Positions 36,766 to 45,497 of a stretch of DNA of 64,000 nt are shown one piece after another. The translations under genes and the position numbers were made by a program. How positions within the stretch are numbered: position 1 is the stretch's first letter; each line of letters opens with the position of its first letter. Origin of the DNA: Conexibacter sp. (lineage in GTDB: Bacteria; Actinomycetota; Thermoleophilia; Solirubrobacterales; Solirubrobacteraceae); assembly GCA_045805465.1 (NCBI GenBank), contig JBJMLB010000114.1, positions 2,375 through 66,374 on the forward strand, read 5' to 3'. The notes under the pieces were generated by a model. That model saw only the letters and a list, made by a program, of their open reading frames with translations. It was not told the DNA's origin and searched no databases.

Positions 36766-37517
36766 TGAAGCTGGTCGACCTCACCCACACGTTCACGATC
36801 CACACCCCCGGCTGGGTCGGCTACCCGTCGCCGAAGCTGTCCTACTTCCAGCGCCATGCGACGCACGGGATCGTCTCGCAGTCGCTCGAGCTTCCGCTGC
36901 ACTCCGGGACCCACTTCGACGCCGAGATGCACATCGTCTCCGGTGGCAAGGATCTCGCCTCCGTGCCGATCGACACGCTCTGCCGCGAAGGCGTCATCGT
37001 CGACATCAGCGACGAGATGGACGACTGGGCCGTCATCACCCCGGAGATGATCACGAGTCGCATCGAGGTCAAGAAGGGCGACATCCTCATCTACAACACC
37101 GGCTGGCACCGCTACTTCAACGGGTCCGAGGCCGAGGACGAGGAGCGCTACTACCTGCGCCACCCGGGCGGGGACCGGCGGATGGCCGAGTGGATCGCCG
37201 AGATGGAGCTCGCGTGGACCGGCTTCGACTGCGGTTCCGGCGACCACCCGATGAACACGTCGATCCGCGACAAGCGCCCCGACGCCGCGCGCGCCTTCGA
37301 GCGCCACGCCGGCAAGGCGATCCCCGAGGTGTTCCCCGAGGAGGACCTGTTCGTGATGCACCGCGTGCCGTTCCGGGCGGGCATCACCCACGTCGAGAAC
37401 ATGGGCGGGGACATCGGCTCGATCGGCACCCGCCGCTGCCTGATCGGCGCGTTCCCGATCCCGATCGAGGGCGGCGAGGCGTCGCCGTGCCGCGTGGTGG
37501 CGTTCCTCGATGACTGA
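36765..37517 (+). CDS. cyclase-family protein (kynurenine formamidase / isatin hydrolase fold)
   Basis: The HSGTHFDAEMH motif (HxGTHxDxPxH-like) is present. ATG 36765 shares 1 nt with the coxS stop. Track ORF start 36762 is a TTG. Confidence 0.8.
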   Translation: MKLVDLTHTFTIHTPGWVGYPSPKLSYFQRHATHGIVSQSLELPLHSGTHFDAEMHIVSGGKDLASVPIDTLCREGVIVDISDEMDDWAVITPEMITSRIEVKKGDILIYNTGWHRYFNGSEAEDEERYYLRHPGGDRRMAEWIAEMELAWTGFDCGSGDHPMNTSIRDKRPDAARAFERHAGKAIPEVFPEEDLFVMHRVPFRAGITHVENMGGDIGSIGTRRCLIGAFPIPIEGGEASPCRVVAFLDD

Positions 37518-37863
37518 CGTGCTCTGGGGCACCTTCGCAGCCGTCGACGCGGACGAGCCCTACCCGGGCGTCGTGCGGCGCAGCGTCGACGCGCAGGGCG
37601 CGACCGCGACCCGCTACGAGTTCCGGCCGGGCGCCGCGTTCCCGCTGCACCGCCATCCGCAGGAGCAGATCACGCTGATCGAGCAGGGCGACATCCGCAT
37701 GCGGCTCGGAGCGGAGGAGCACGAGTTCGGCCCGGGCGGCTACACCGTCGTGCCGGGTGGGGTCGAGCACGGGATCACCGCCGGCGCCGACGGCGCCGTC
37801 ATCACAGCGATCGTCGTGCCCCGCCGCGCGGCGGCGGACGCCTACGAGGAGGTGGCCGTATGA
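37510..37863 (+). CDS. cupin-domain protein (117 aa)
   Basis: FPLHRHPQEQITLIEQG...VPGGVEHGI matches cupin motifs 1 and 2. Confidence 0.75.
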   Translation: MTDVLWGTFAAVDADEPYPGVVRRSVDAQGATATRYEFRPGAAFPLHRHPQEQITLIEQGDIRMRLGAEEHEFGPGGYTVVPGGVEHGITAGADGAVITAIVVPRRAAADAYEEVAV

Positions 37864-38618
37864 CGGTTCTCGTCCTGCCGAGCGACGGCGGCGAGCCGCT
37901 CGAGGTCCTCGACGGCGCGGGCATCGCGCGCGCCGTCGTCGGCCCGGCGACCGGTGCGCAGCACCGCACGATGGCGGTCCTCGAGCTGCCGCCCGGCGCC
38001 GGGACGCGCCTGCTGCGCCACCCCGGTGAGGCGGTCTGGTACGTCGATTCGGGGCGGGGGGAGGCGCTCGTCGCGGAGGGCGGCGACTTCGACCTCGACC
38101 CCGGCACGATGATCCACGTCGCGCCCGGCGCCGCCTACTCGCTGCGCGCCGGCGACGAGGCACTGCGGGTGCTCGGCGGCCCCGCGCCGCCGGATCCGGC
38201 GCTGCACGGCGGCGACGCCGGCGAGCTGCCGGCGGACGGCGGAGCGGTCCGCCGCTTCCACCGCGACGAGCCGTCGCGGCTGGCGCCGATGATCTCCAAG
38301 GACGCGCGCCTGGTCGTATGGCTGGGCGTCGGCGCGGAGACGGCGAACATGAACCACGTGCGGCTGGAGCCGGGCGAGGAGAACATGCCGCACCGCCACT
38401 CCGAGTCGGAGGACACGATCGCGATCCTCGAAGGCCGCGGCACGGTCGACGACCTCACGAACGGCCTCTCGCTGCCGTTCGAGGCCGGCGACGTCATCCA
38501 CATCCCGGTCGGCCTCGAGCACCGTGTCAAGGCGGACCGGGGGGCTGCCGTCGTGAGCGTCGGCGGCCCGTGCCCGGCGGACCGGGCGGTGGCGGCGGCG
38601 CCGGCCGAGCGCGCGTGA
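37860..38618 (+). CDS. bicupin protein
   Basis: Two cupin-like halves are present (LLRHPGEAVWYVDSGRG...VAPGAAYSL and MPHRHSESEDTIAILEGRG...IPVGLEHRV). Confidence 0.7.
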   Translation: MTVLVLPSDGGEPLEVLDGAGIARAVVGPATGAQHRTMAVLELPPGAGTRLLRHPGEAVWYVDSGRGEALVAEGGDFDLDPGTMIHVAPGAAYSLRAGDEALRVLGGPAPPDPALHGGDAGELPADGGAVRRFHRDEPSRLAPMISKDARLVVWLGVGAETANMNHVRLEPGEENMPHRHSESEDTIAILEGRGTVDDLTNGLSLPFEAGDVIHIPVGLEHRVKADRGAAVVSVGGPCPADRAVAAAPAERA

Positions 38619-39460
38619 CCCGGATCGCGGTCGCGCAGCTCACCGGCGTCGTCGGGGACTGCGCGGGCAACCGGGCCCGCACCGTCGCGGCGGCCGAGGA
38701 GGCGTTCGCGCGCGGCGCCGAGGTCGTCGTGCTGCCCGAGCTGATCGTCCCCGGCTACGGCTGGGACGCGGCGGACCTGGCGCGCGACGCCGAGCAGCTC
38801 GACGGCGAGACGGTCGCGGCGTGGACGGCGGTCGCGCGCGAGGCCGGCGGCCTCGTCGCGGGCGGCTTCGCGGAGCGGGCGGGCGAGGACCTCTTCAACA
38901 CGGCGGTCCTCGTCGGCCCCGACGGAGTGCTGCTCCACTACCGCAAGCTGCACCTGTTCGCCGGCGAGAAGGAGACGTTCACGCCCGGCGACCGCGGCCT
39001 GCCCGTCGTCGAGACCGCGGTCGGGACCGTGGGGCTGTGCGTCTGCTATGACCTGCGCTTCGTCGAGACCCTGCGCGTGCTCGCGCTGCGCGGCGCCGAC
39101 CTCGTCTGCGTCCCGACCGCATGGGTGCCCGGCTTCGACGACGCCCTGTGGGACGCCGAGGGCTTCTGCCCGCAGGCGCGCACGGCGCTCGTGCAGGCGA
39201 ACCTCGACCAGGTCGCGATCGCGTGCGCATCGCAGGCGGGCGCCTCCGGCGGGTTCCGCTTCCTCGGCTCGTCGGTGATCGGCGACGCCCGCGGAACGTG
39301 CGTCGCCGGGCCGCTGCCAGGCGACGGCGAGGCGACCGCGATCGCGGAGATCGACCTCGACGACGTCCGTGCCGCCCGCGACCGCGGCACCGGCATCCGG
39401 CCCCGCGCCGACCGACGCACCGACGTCTACGCGATCGCAGTCGGCAACGAGCGGATGTAG
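38615..39460 (+). CDS. carbon-nitrogen hydrolase (nitrilase superfamily) amidase
   Basis: GTG 38615 overlaps the upstream stop. IAVAQL...VVVLPEL...YRKLHLF...VGLCVCYDLRFVE shows the E, K, C triad. Confidence 0.8.
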   Translation: MTRIAVAQLTGVVGDCAGNRARTVAAAEEAFARGAEVVVLPELIVPGYGWDAADLARDAEQLDGETVAAWTAVAREAGGLVAGGFAERAGEDLFNTAVLVGPDGVLLHYRKLHLFAGEKETFTPGDRGLPVVETAVGTVGLCVCYDLRFVETLRVLALRGADLVCVPTAWVPGFDDALWDAEGFCPQARTALVQANLDQVAIACASQAGASGGFRFLGSSVIGDARGTCVAGPLPGDGEATAIAEIDLDDVRAARDRGTGIRPRADRRTDVYAIAVGNERM

Positions 39461-39484
39461 CGTCCGCGCTGGCGCCGCCGCCGC

Positions 39485-40138
39485 TCAGGCGAACGGCGCG
39501 AGCGTGCGGCGGCGGACCTCGTCGGCGGTGACGCCGGGCTGGGTCTCGACCAGGGTCAGCTCGCGGGTGCCGTCGAGGCGGCGGGGGAAGTCGAAGACGG
39601 CGAGGTCGGTGATGAGGCGGTCGACGACGCCGCGGCCGGTGAGGGGGAGGGAGCAAGCCGGCACGATCTTCGACTCGCCGGCCTTGTTGCAGTGCTCCAT
39701 GATCACGACGGTGCGCTTGGCGCCCTGCACGAGGTCCATCGCACCGCCCATGCCCTTCACCATCTTGCCCGGGATCATCCAGTTGGCGAGGTCGCCGGTG
39801 GCCGAGACCTCCATCCCGCCGAGGATCGCGAGGTCGACGTGGCCGCCGCGGATCATCGCGAACGACTCCGCGCTGTCGAAGTAGGAGTGGCCGAGCACCG
39901 CGGTGACGGTCTCCTTGCCGGCGTTGATCAGGTCGGCGTCGACCTCGTCGTCGGTCGGGTAGGGGCCGATCCCGAGCAGCCCGTTCTCGGACTGGAGCAG
40001 CACGCCCGGTCTGCCGAGGCCGGCGTTGGCGAGCAGCGTCGGCATGCCGATGCCGAGGTTGACGACCATCCCGTCGGCGATCTCGAGCGCGGCGCGGCGG
40101 ACGATCGCGTCGCGCGCGCTGATGGCGTCGGCGCTCAT
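39485..40138 (-). CDS. 3-oxoacid CoA-transferase subunit B
   Basis: [14 protein letters not shown]...LQSENGLLG...[14 protein letters not shown] supports the call. Track ORF 39485..40927 fuses it artefactually with antisense sequence. Confidence 0.85.
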   Translation of the reverse strand: MSADAISARDAIVRRAALEIADGMVVNLGIGMPTLLANAGLGRPGVLLQSENGLLGIGPYPTDDEVDADLINAGKETVTAVLGHSYFDSAESFAMIRGGHVDLAILGGMEVSATGDLANWMIPGKMVKGMGGAMDLVQGAKRTVVIMEHCNKAGESKIVPACSLPLTGRGVVDRLITDLAVFDFPRRLDGTRELTLVETQPGVTADEVRRRTLAPFA

Positions 40139-40845
40139 CGGCTCGCCACGATCCGGCGCTCGATCGGCTTCTCGGCCGGCGGCGCCGGGAAGACGTGCTG
40201 GACGAAGACGCCGGGCGTGTGGATCGCGTCGCCGTCCAGCTCGCCGATCTCGACGAGCTGCTCGATCTCGGCGATCGTCACGCGGCCGGCGGCGGCGACG
40301 AGCGGGTTGAAGTTGCGCGCGGTGCGGCGGTAGACGAGGTTGCCGAGCGCGTCCCCCTTCCACGCCCGCACGAGCGAGACGTCGGCGACGATCGCGCGCT
40401 CCAGCAGGTACTCGCGGCCGTCGAAGGTGCGCGTCTCCCGGCCCTCCGCGATGGGCGTTCCGACTCCGGCCGGGGTGTAGAAGGCCGGCACCCCCGCGCC
40501 GCCCGCCCGCAGCCGCTCGGCCAGCGTGCCCTGGGGCACGAGCTCGACCTGCAGCTCGCCGGACAGGAACAGGCGCTCGAACGTCTTGTTCTCGCCCACG
40601 TAGGAGGAGACCATCGCCGCGATCTGGCCGTTGGCGAGCAGCAGCCCGAGGCCGGCGTCGTCGACGCCGCAGTTGTTGCTGACCACCGTCAGCTCGCGCA
40701 CACCGCGCTCGCGCAGCGCCTCGATCGCCGCGTGCGGGACCCCGCACAGCCCGAACCCGCCGACGGCGAGCGTCGCGCCGTCGCTGACGGCGCCCACCGC
40801 GTCGGCCGCGCTCGCGACCACCTTCCCGACCGTCGCCATGCTCAT
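40135..40845 (-). CDS. 3-oxoacid CoA-transferase subunit A
   Basis: [23 protein letters not shown]...VSNNCG...[30 protein letters not shown] supports the call. Confidence 0.85.
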   Translation of the reverse strand: MSMATVGKVVASAADAVGAVSDGATLAVGGFGLCGVPHAAIEALRERGVRELTVVSNNCGVDDAGLGLLLANGQIAAMVSSYVGENKTFERLFLSGELQVELVPQGTLAERLRAGGAGVPAFYTPAGVGTPIAEGRETRTFDGREYLLERAIVADVSLVRAWKGDALGNLVYRRTARNFNPLVAAAGRVTIAEIEQLVEIGELDGDAIHTPGVFVQHVFPAPPAEKPIERRIVASR

Positions 40846-40938
40846 CGCTCCTCGTCCATTGGCTGCACGAGGCCACGATCGAGGAGCGCAACTCAGAAGT
40901 CCAAGACCATTTCGATCGGAGTATCATAGGGTTTGCTT

Positions 40939-41826
40939 ATGGAATTGCGGCAGCTGCGGTACCTCGTCGCGCTCGCCGACGAGCAGCACTTCACGCGCGC
41001 GGCCGCCCGCTCCCGCGTCGCGCAGCCGGCCCTCTCGCAGCAGATCCGCAAGCTGGAGGAGGAGCTCGGCCTGTCGCTCGTGGACCGCACGACCCGTCGC
41101 GTCGCGCTGACGGAGGCGGGCACGCTGCTCGTCGCGCGCGCCCGTCGCGTGCTCGCCGAGCTGGACGCCGCCGACGCGGAGCTGCAGCAGCTCACCGGCC
41201 TGCTCGCCGGGCGGGTGACGATCGGCCTGACGCAGACGCCCGGCCCGTTCGACCTGCTGCCGCTGCTGGCGGAGTTTCACGCCCGCTTCCCCGCGGTCGA
41301 GCTCGTGGTGCGGGAGGATCTCAGCACCACGCTCGCCGCGGAGCTGCGCGCCGACGCGCTCGACGTGGCGATGGTCTCGAACGTCGGCGCGGCCGACCGC
41401 GAGGGGCTCGTGCTGGAGCCGCTGGCGCGCGAGCCGCTCGTCGCGGCGCTGCCGCCCGAGCATCGGCTCGCCGGGCGGCGCCGGATCGGGCTGGTGGAGC
41501 TGCAAGACGAGGACTTCGTCGCCTTCCGCGAGGGCGCGACGATCCGCGAGGCGGTCGCGCGCGCCGCGCTAGCGGCCGGCTTCGCGCCGCGGATCTCCTT
41601 CGAGGCCCACGAGCTGGCCCGCACCCGCGCGATCGTCGCCGCCGGCCTCGGCGTCGCGATCTTGCCGCGCTCGGATGCGCGCGGTCCCGGCCCCGCCGTG
41701 GCCGCCGTCGAGCTCGTGCGTCCGACACTGACGCACGCGATCTCGCTCGCGACACGGGCGGGCCGCCGACCCTCGCCGGCGGCGCGAGCGCTGATCGAGC
41801 TGGCCCGCGCGACGTACGGCCCCTGA
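40939..41826 (+). CDS. LysR-family transcriptional regulator
   Basis: MELRQLRYLVALADEQHFTRAAARSRVAQPALSQQIRKLEEELG. The gene is divergent from the CoA-transferase genes. Confidence 0.9.
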   Translation: MELRQLRYLVALADEQHFTRAAARSRVAQPALSQQIRKLEEELGLSLVDRTTRRVALTEAGTLLVARARRVLAELDAADAELQQLTGLLAGRVTIGLTQTPGPFDLLPLLAEFHARFPAVELVVREDLSTTLAAELRADALDVAMVSNVGAADREGLVLEPLAREPLVAALPPEHRLAGRRRIGLVELQDEDFVAFREGATIREAVARAALAAGFAPRISFEAHELARTRAIVAAGLGVAILPRSDARGPGPAVAAVELVRPTLTHAISLATRAGRRPSPAARALIELARATYGP

Positions 41827-41955
41827 GGTGCCGGCATTCGGCAACGCGGTCGGCGTGGAAGCCTAATATCGTGGGGCTGATGAGCGCGAACGCGTGCGGC
41901 ACGGGGAGAGGGCTCGTCGGCGTGCGCCCGGCCCGCGGGAGCGCGGGCGCAGTGC

Positions 41956-43353
41956 GTGCGGTGCCTCATGCGTAGCGGCTCGCCCGTCGCCTGGCCCGTG
42001 TCCGAGCTCGTCGCGGCCTACCGCCGCCGCGACCTCTCGCCCGTCGAGGTGACCGAGGAGGCGCTCACGCGGATCGCCGAGCTCGATCGCGAGCTGCATG
42101 CCTTCCAGACCGTGACGGCCGGCCTCGCCCGCGAGCAGGCGCTGCAGGCGGAGGCGGCATACGGACGGGGGGAGACGGCGCCGCTGCTCGGCGTTCCCGT
42201 CTCCGTCAAGGACGTCTTCGACGTGCGCGGCGTCGTCACGACGCTCGGCTCGCTCGTGCACCGCGGCGACGTCGCCGAGTCTGACTCCGGCGTCGTACGG
42301 CGGCTGCGCGCCGCCGGCGCGGTCATCACCGGCAAGACCAACACGGCCGAGTTCGGGCAGTCGGCGACGACCGAGAACCTGCTCGGAGCCGACACGCGCA
42401 ACCCCTGGGACTCGGCGCGCACGCCCGGCGGCTCCAGCGGCGGCGCGGCGGCGTCGGTCGCGGCCGGGCTCTCGACGCTCGCGATCGGCTCCGACGGCGG
42501 CGGCTCGATCCGCATCCCGGCCGCGTTCACCGGGCTGTTCGGGCTCAAGCCCACGCACGGTCTGTGCCTCGACGAGGGCCACTTCCGCGCGATGACCGAC
42601 TTCTCCAGCCCCGGCCCGCTCGCGTGGCGGACCGCCGACGCGCGCGTGCTGCTCGGCGTGCTCGCCGACCGCTCCTACCCCGCGCGCCCGGTGGCGCGCG
42701 CGCTGCGCATCGCCTGGTGCCCGCAGCCCGAGGGTCGTCCGGTCGACCGTGGGGTGGCCGACCTCGCGGCCGAGGCGGTCGTCGCGCTGGAGGGGCTCGG
42801 GCACGAGGTCGTCGCCACCGAGCTGCCCCTGGCCGGGTGGGCCGACATCTTCGGACCGCTCGTGCTCGCCGACGAGCACCGCGAACGCGGCCATCTGCTC
42901 GACGCCGACCCCGCGCAGCTGACCGACTACGCGCGCCGCGCGCTGGAGGCGGGGCGGGCGCTCGACCCCGCCGAGGTCGAGCGGGCCCGTCGCGACCTGC
43001 CGCGCTTTCGCGGGCGCATCGCGGGGCTGTTCGCCCACTTCGACGTGCTCGTCACGCCGACCACCGCCGTGCCCGCCTTCCCGCTCGGCGAGCGCCCGCG
43101 CGTGATCGACGGGACCCGTGTCGACGGGTTGTGGGGCGCGGTGCCGTTCGCGGTGCCGTTCAGCGTCGCCGGCATCCCCGCCGCGACGGTTCCGTGCAGG
43201 CTCTCGGACGGGCTGCCGGTCGGCGTGCAGCTGGCGGCGCCGCCGCTCGCGGAGCAGCTCCTGCTCGACGTCTCGGCACAGCTCGAGGAAGCGCTCGCGT
43301 TCGACGCGACGCCGGTCGTGGAGCGCTGGGCGCTGCCGCACGTCTCCTCATGA
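41956..43353 (+). CDS. amidase-signature (AS) family amidase
   Basis: GVPVSVKDVFDV...GGSSGGAAASVAAG...GSDGGGSIRIPAAF supports the call. An alternative ATG lies at 41968. Confidence 0.85.
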   Translation: MRCLMRSGSPVAWPVSELVAAYRRRDLSPVEVTEEALTRIAELDRELHAFQTVTAGLAREQALQAEAAYGRGETAPLLGVPVSVKDVFDVRGVVTTLGSLVHRGDVAESDSGVVRRLRAAGAVITGKTNTAEFGQSATTENLLGADTRNPWDSARTPGGSSGGAAASVAAGLSTLAIGSDGGGSIRIPAAFTGLFGLKPTHGLCLDEGHFRAMTDFSSPGPLAWRTADARVLLGVLADRSYPARPVARALRIAWCPQPEGRPVDRGVADLAAEAVVALEGLGHEVVATELPLAGWADIFGPLVLADEHRERGHLLDADPAQLTDYARRALEAGRALDPAEVERARRDLPRFRGRIAGLFAHFDVLVTPTTAVPAFPLGERPRVIDGTRVDGLWGAVPFAVPFSVAGIPAATVPCRLSDGLPVGVQLAAPPLAEQLLLDVSAQLEEALAFDATPVVERWALPHVSS

Positions 43354-44090
43354 GCGCGCCGGTCGAGGTCGAGCGCAGCGCGGGCGTCACGACGCTTCGG
43401 CTCGCGCAGCCGCGGCGCCGCAACGCGCTCTCGGAGGCTGTCCTGACCATCCTGCGCGATGAGCTGGCGCCCGCGCGGCTGGCCGCGACGACCGCGGTCG
43501 TGCTCACGGCCGCCGGGGCCTCGTTCAGCGCCGGGGCCGACCTCGACGAGCTGACCGGCACCTCCGCCGATCTCGCCTTCGACGACCTGCTGGCCGACGT
43601 CACGACGGCGATTCGGCAGGCGCCGGTGCCTGCGATCGCCGCGATCGAGGGCGCCTGCGTCGGCGCCGCCGTCGACCTCGCGATGGCGTGCGACGTGCGG
43701 ATCGCCTCCGAGACCGCGTTCTTTGGCGTGCCGGCCGTGCGGCTCGGCCTGCTCTACAACCCCGACTCGCTCGTGCGCCTGCGCGAAGCGCTGCCGTCCC
43801 AGACCTCCGCGCGGCTGCTGCTGCTCGGCGAGCGGATCGGCGGGCACGACGCAGTCGCGGCGGGCCTGGCGTGCTGCTGCGTGCCGGCGGGCACGGCGTT
43901 GGAGCGGGCGCACGCGCTCGCGGCCGACGCGCCGACCACCAGCCGCGAGGCGATGTCCGCGACCAAGGCCCTCCTGACCGGCGCGGCGGACGCGACGAGC
44001 AGCCGTGAGGTGCGACTGCGCCTGCTCGACTCGCCGGAGCGACTCCGTGCCGTGACCGCGGCGAAGCAACGACTCCACTCGAAGGGATGA
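43350..44090 (+). CDS. enoyl-CoA hydratase/isomerase (crotonase) family protein
   Basis: LRLAQPRRRNALS...SFSAGADLDEL...AAIEGACVGAAVDLAMACD supports the call. ATGA overlap with the amidase gene. Confidence 0.8.
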   Translation: MSAPVEVERSAGVTTLRLAQPRRRNALSEAVLTILRDELAPARLAATTAVVLTAAGASFSAGADLDELTGTSADLAFDDLLADVTTAIRQAPVPAIAAIEGACVGAAVDLAMACDVRIASETAFFGVPAVRLGLLYNPDSLVRLREALPSQTSARLLLLGERIGGHDAVAAGLACCCVPAGTALERAHALAADAPTTSREAMSATKALLTGAADATSSREVRLRLLDSPERLRAVTAAKQRLHSKG

Positions 44091-44121
44091 CTCCCGACGA
44101 CGACGCCGGGCGCCGTCACGC

Positions 44122-44616
44122 CTACTCCTGCTCCTCCTGCTGCACAGCCTCCACGCGCGCGGCCGCGAGGCGCACGGCGTCGACGATGCCCTGATAGCCG
44201 GTGCAGCGGCAGAGGTTGCCGCCGATCAGGCCGCGGATCTCGTCGTCGCTGAGCTGCGGGACGGACGCGAGCACAGGCTCCAGCGACATCAGGAAGCCGG
44301 GCGTGCAGAAGCCGCACTGCAGCCCGTGCGTCTCGTGGAAGGCCTGCTGGAGCGGGTGCAGCTCGTCGCCGTCGGCGAGCGCCTCGACCGTGCGCACCTG
44401 GCGCTCGTGCGCCTGCACCGCGAGGATCAGGCAGGAGCGCACCGGGTCGCCCTCCAGCTGGACCGTGCAGGCGCCGCAGACGCCGTGCTCGCAGCCGACG
44501 TGCGTCCCCGTCAGGCCGGCCTCGTGGCGGATGAAGTCCGACAGCAGCAGCCGCGGCTCGACCTCGCGCTGGTAGCGCACGCCGTTGATCTCGATGCTGA
44601 CGCGGACGCTGCTCAT
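44122..44616 (-). CDS. CoxS-like [2Fe-2S] small subunit (module B)
   Basis: 39 consecutive residues (EVEPRLLLSDFIRHEAGLTGTHVGCEHGVCGACTVQLEG) are identical to the module A small subunit. Confidence 0.9.
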   Translation of the reverse strand: MSSVRVSIEINGVRYQREVEPRLLLSDFIRHEAGLTGTHVGCEHGVCGACTVQLEGDPVRSCLILAVQAHERQVRTVEALADGDELHPLQQAFHETHGLQCGFCTPGFLMSLEPVLASVPQLSDDEIRGLIGGNLCRCTGYQGIVDAVRLAAARVEAVQQEEQE

Positions 44617-45497
44617 GCGGGCTCCTCCTGCCGTGTGGCGCGCTCGGCGGCGGTGACGAGCGCCCGCCGCACGAGCGTTCCGATCAGATCGCGGCGGTAC
44701 GCGCTGCTGCCGTGGATGCTGCCGGCCGGCTCGATGTCGCGCACGGCGTCCGCGGCGGCCTGCGTGAACGCCGGCAGCTCCGGGGCCGCGCCGCGCAACC
44801 CGAGCTCGGCGGCGCTCGCGCGCAGCGGCACGCGGCCGGCGCCGAGCAGCGCGATCGCGGCGCTCGCGATCCGGCCGGCGCCGTCGAGGCTCAGCACGGC
44901 GCCGGCGCCGCCGAGCGCGTAGTCGCCGTGGCGGCGGGCGAACTCGAGCCAGGCCGAGCCGGCCGCCTGAGGCATCGGCGGCAGCTCGATCTCGGTCAAC
45001 AGCTCGTCCAGCGCGATCCCGCTCTGCAGCTGGTCGACGAACATCTCGCCGCAGTCGAGCACGCGGCGCCCACGCGTTGAGGCGACGTGGAAGCGGGCGT
45101 CGAGCGCGGTCAGCACGACGGGAATCTCCGCGGCGGGGTCGGCGTGCGCGACGGAGCCGCCGATCGTCCCGCGGTTGCGGATCTGCGCGTGCGCCACGCA
45201 GCCGATCGCCTCCGACAGCAGCGGCCAGTGCCGTGTCACGAGCAGCGAGCGCTCGACCGCGGCGTGCCGCGTGAGCGCGCCGATCCGCAGCGTTCCGGCG
45301 ACGCGGCGCACGCCGGCGAGGCCGGTCACGCGGTTGACGTCGATCAGCAGCTCTGGCCGCGCGAGGCGGAAGTTCAGCAGCGGCACGAGGCTCTGGCCGC
45401 CGGCGAGGACCTTTGCGTCCTCGCCGTGGCGGGCCAGCAGCGCGAGCGTCTCGTCGAGCGTCTTGGGCGCCGCGTAGGCGAAGGCCGGCGGCTTCAC
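44613..45497 (-). CDS. CoxM-like FAD-binding medium subunit (module B)
   Basis: GTG 45497 overlaps the coxL stop (GTGA). KVLAGGQSLVPLLNFRLARPELLIDV...IRNRGTIGGSVAH supports the call. Confidence 0.85.
   Translation of the reverse strand: MKPPAFAYAAPKTLDETLALLARHGEDAKVLAGGQSLVPLLNFRLARPELLIDVNRVTGLAGVRRVAGTLRIGALTRHAAVERSLLVTRHWPLLSEAIGCVAHAQIRNRGTIGGSVAHADPAAEIPVVLTALDARFHVASTRGRRVLDCGEMFVDQLQSGIALDELLTEIELPPMPQAAGSAWLEFARRHGDYALGGAGAVLSLDGAGRIASAAIALLGAGRVPLRASAAELGLRGAAPELPAFTQAAADAVRDIEPAGSIHGSSAYRRDLIGTLVRRALVTAAERATRQEEPA

Noticed and set aside
39485-40927. Single 480-aa ORF spanning both CoA-transferase genes.
   Set aside because: Only its C-terminal 217 aa (from ATG 40138) match CoA-transferase subunit B. 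The N-terminal part is Arg-rich shadow frame over subunit A, which is encoded in another frame (40135-40845).
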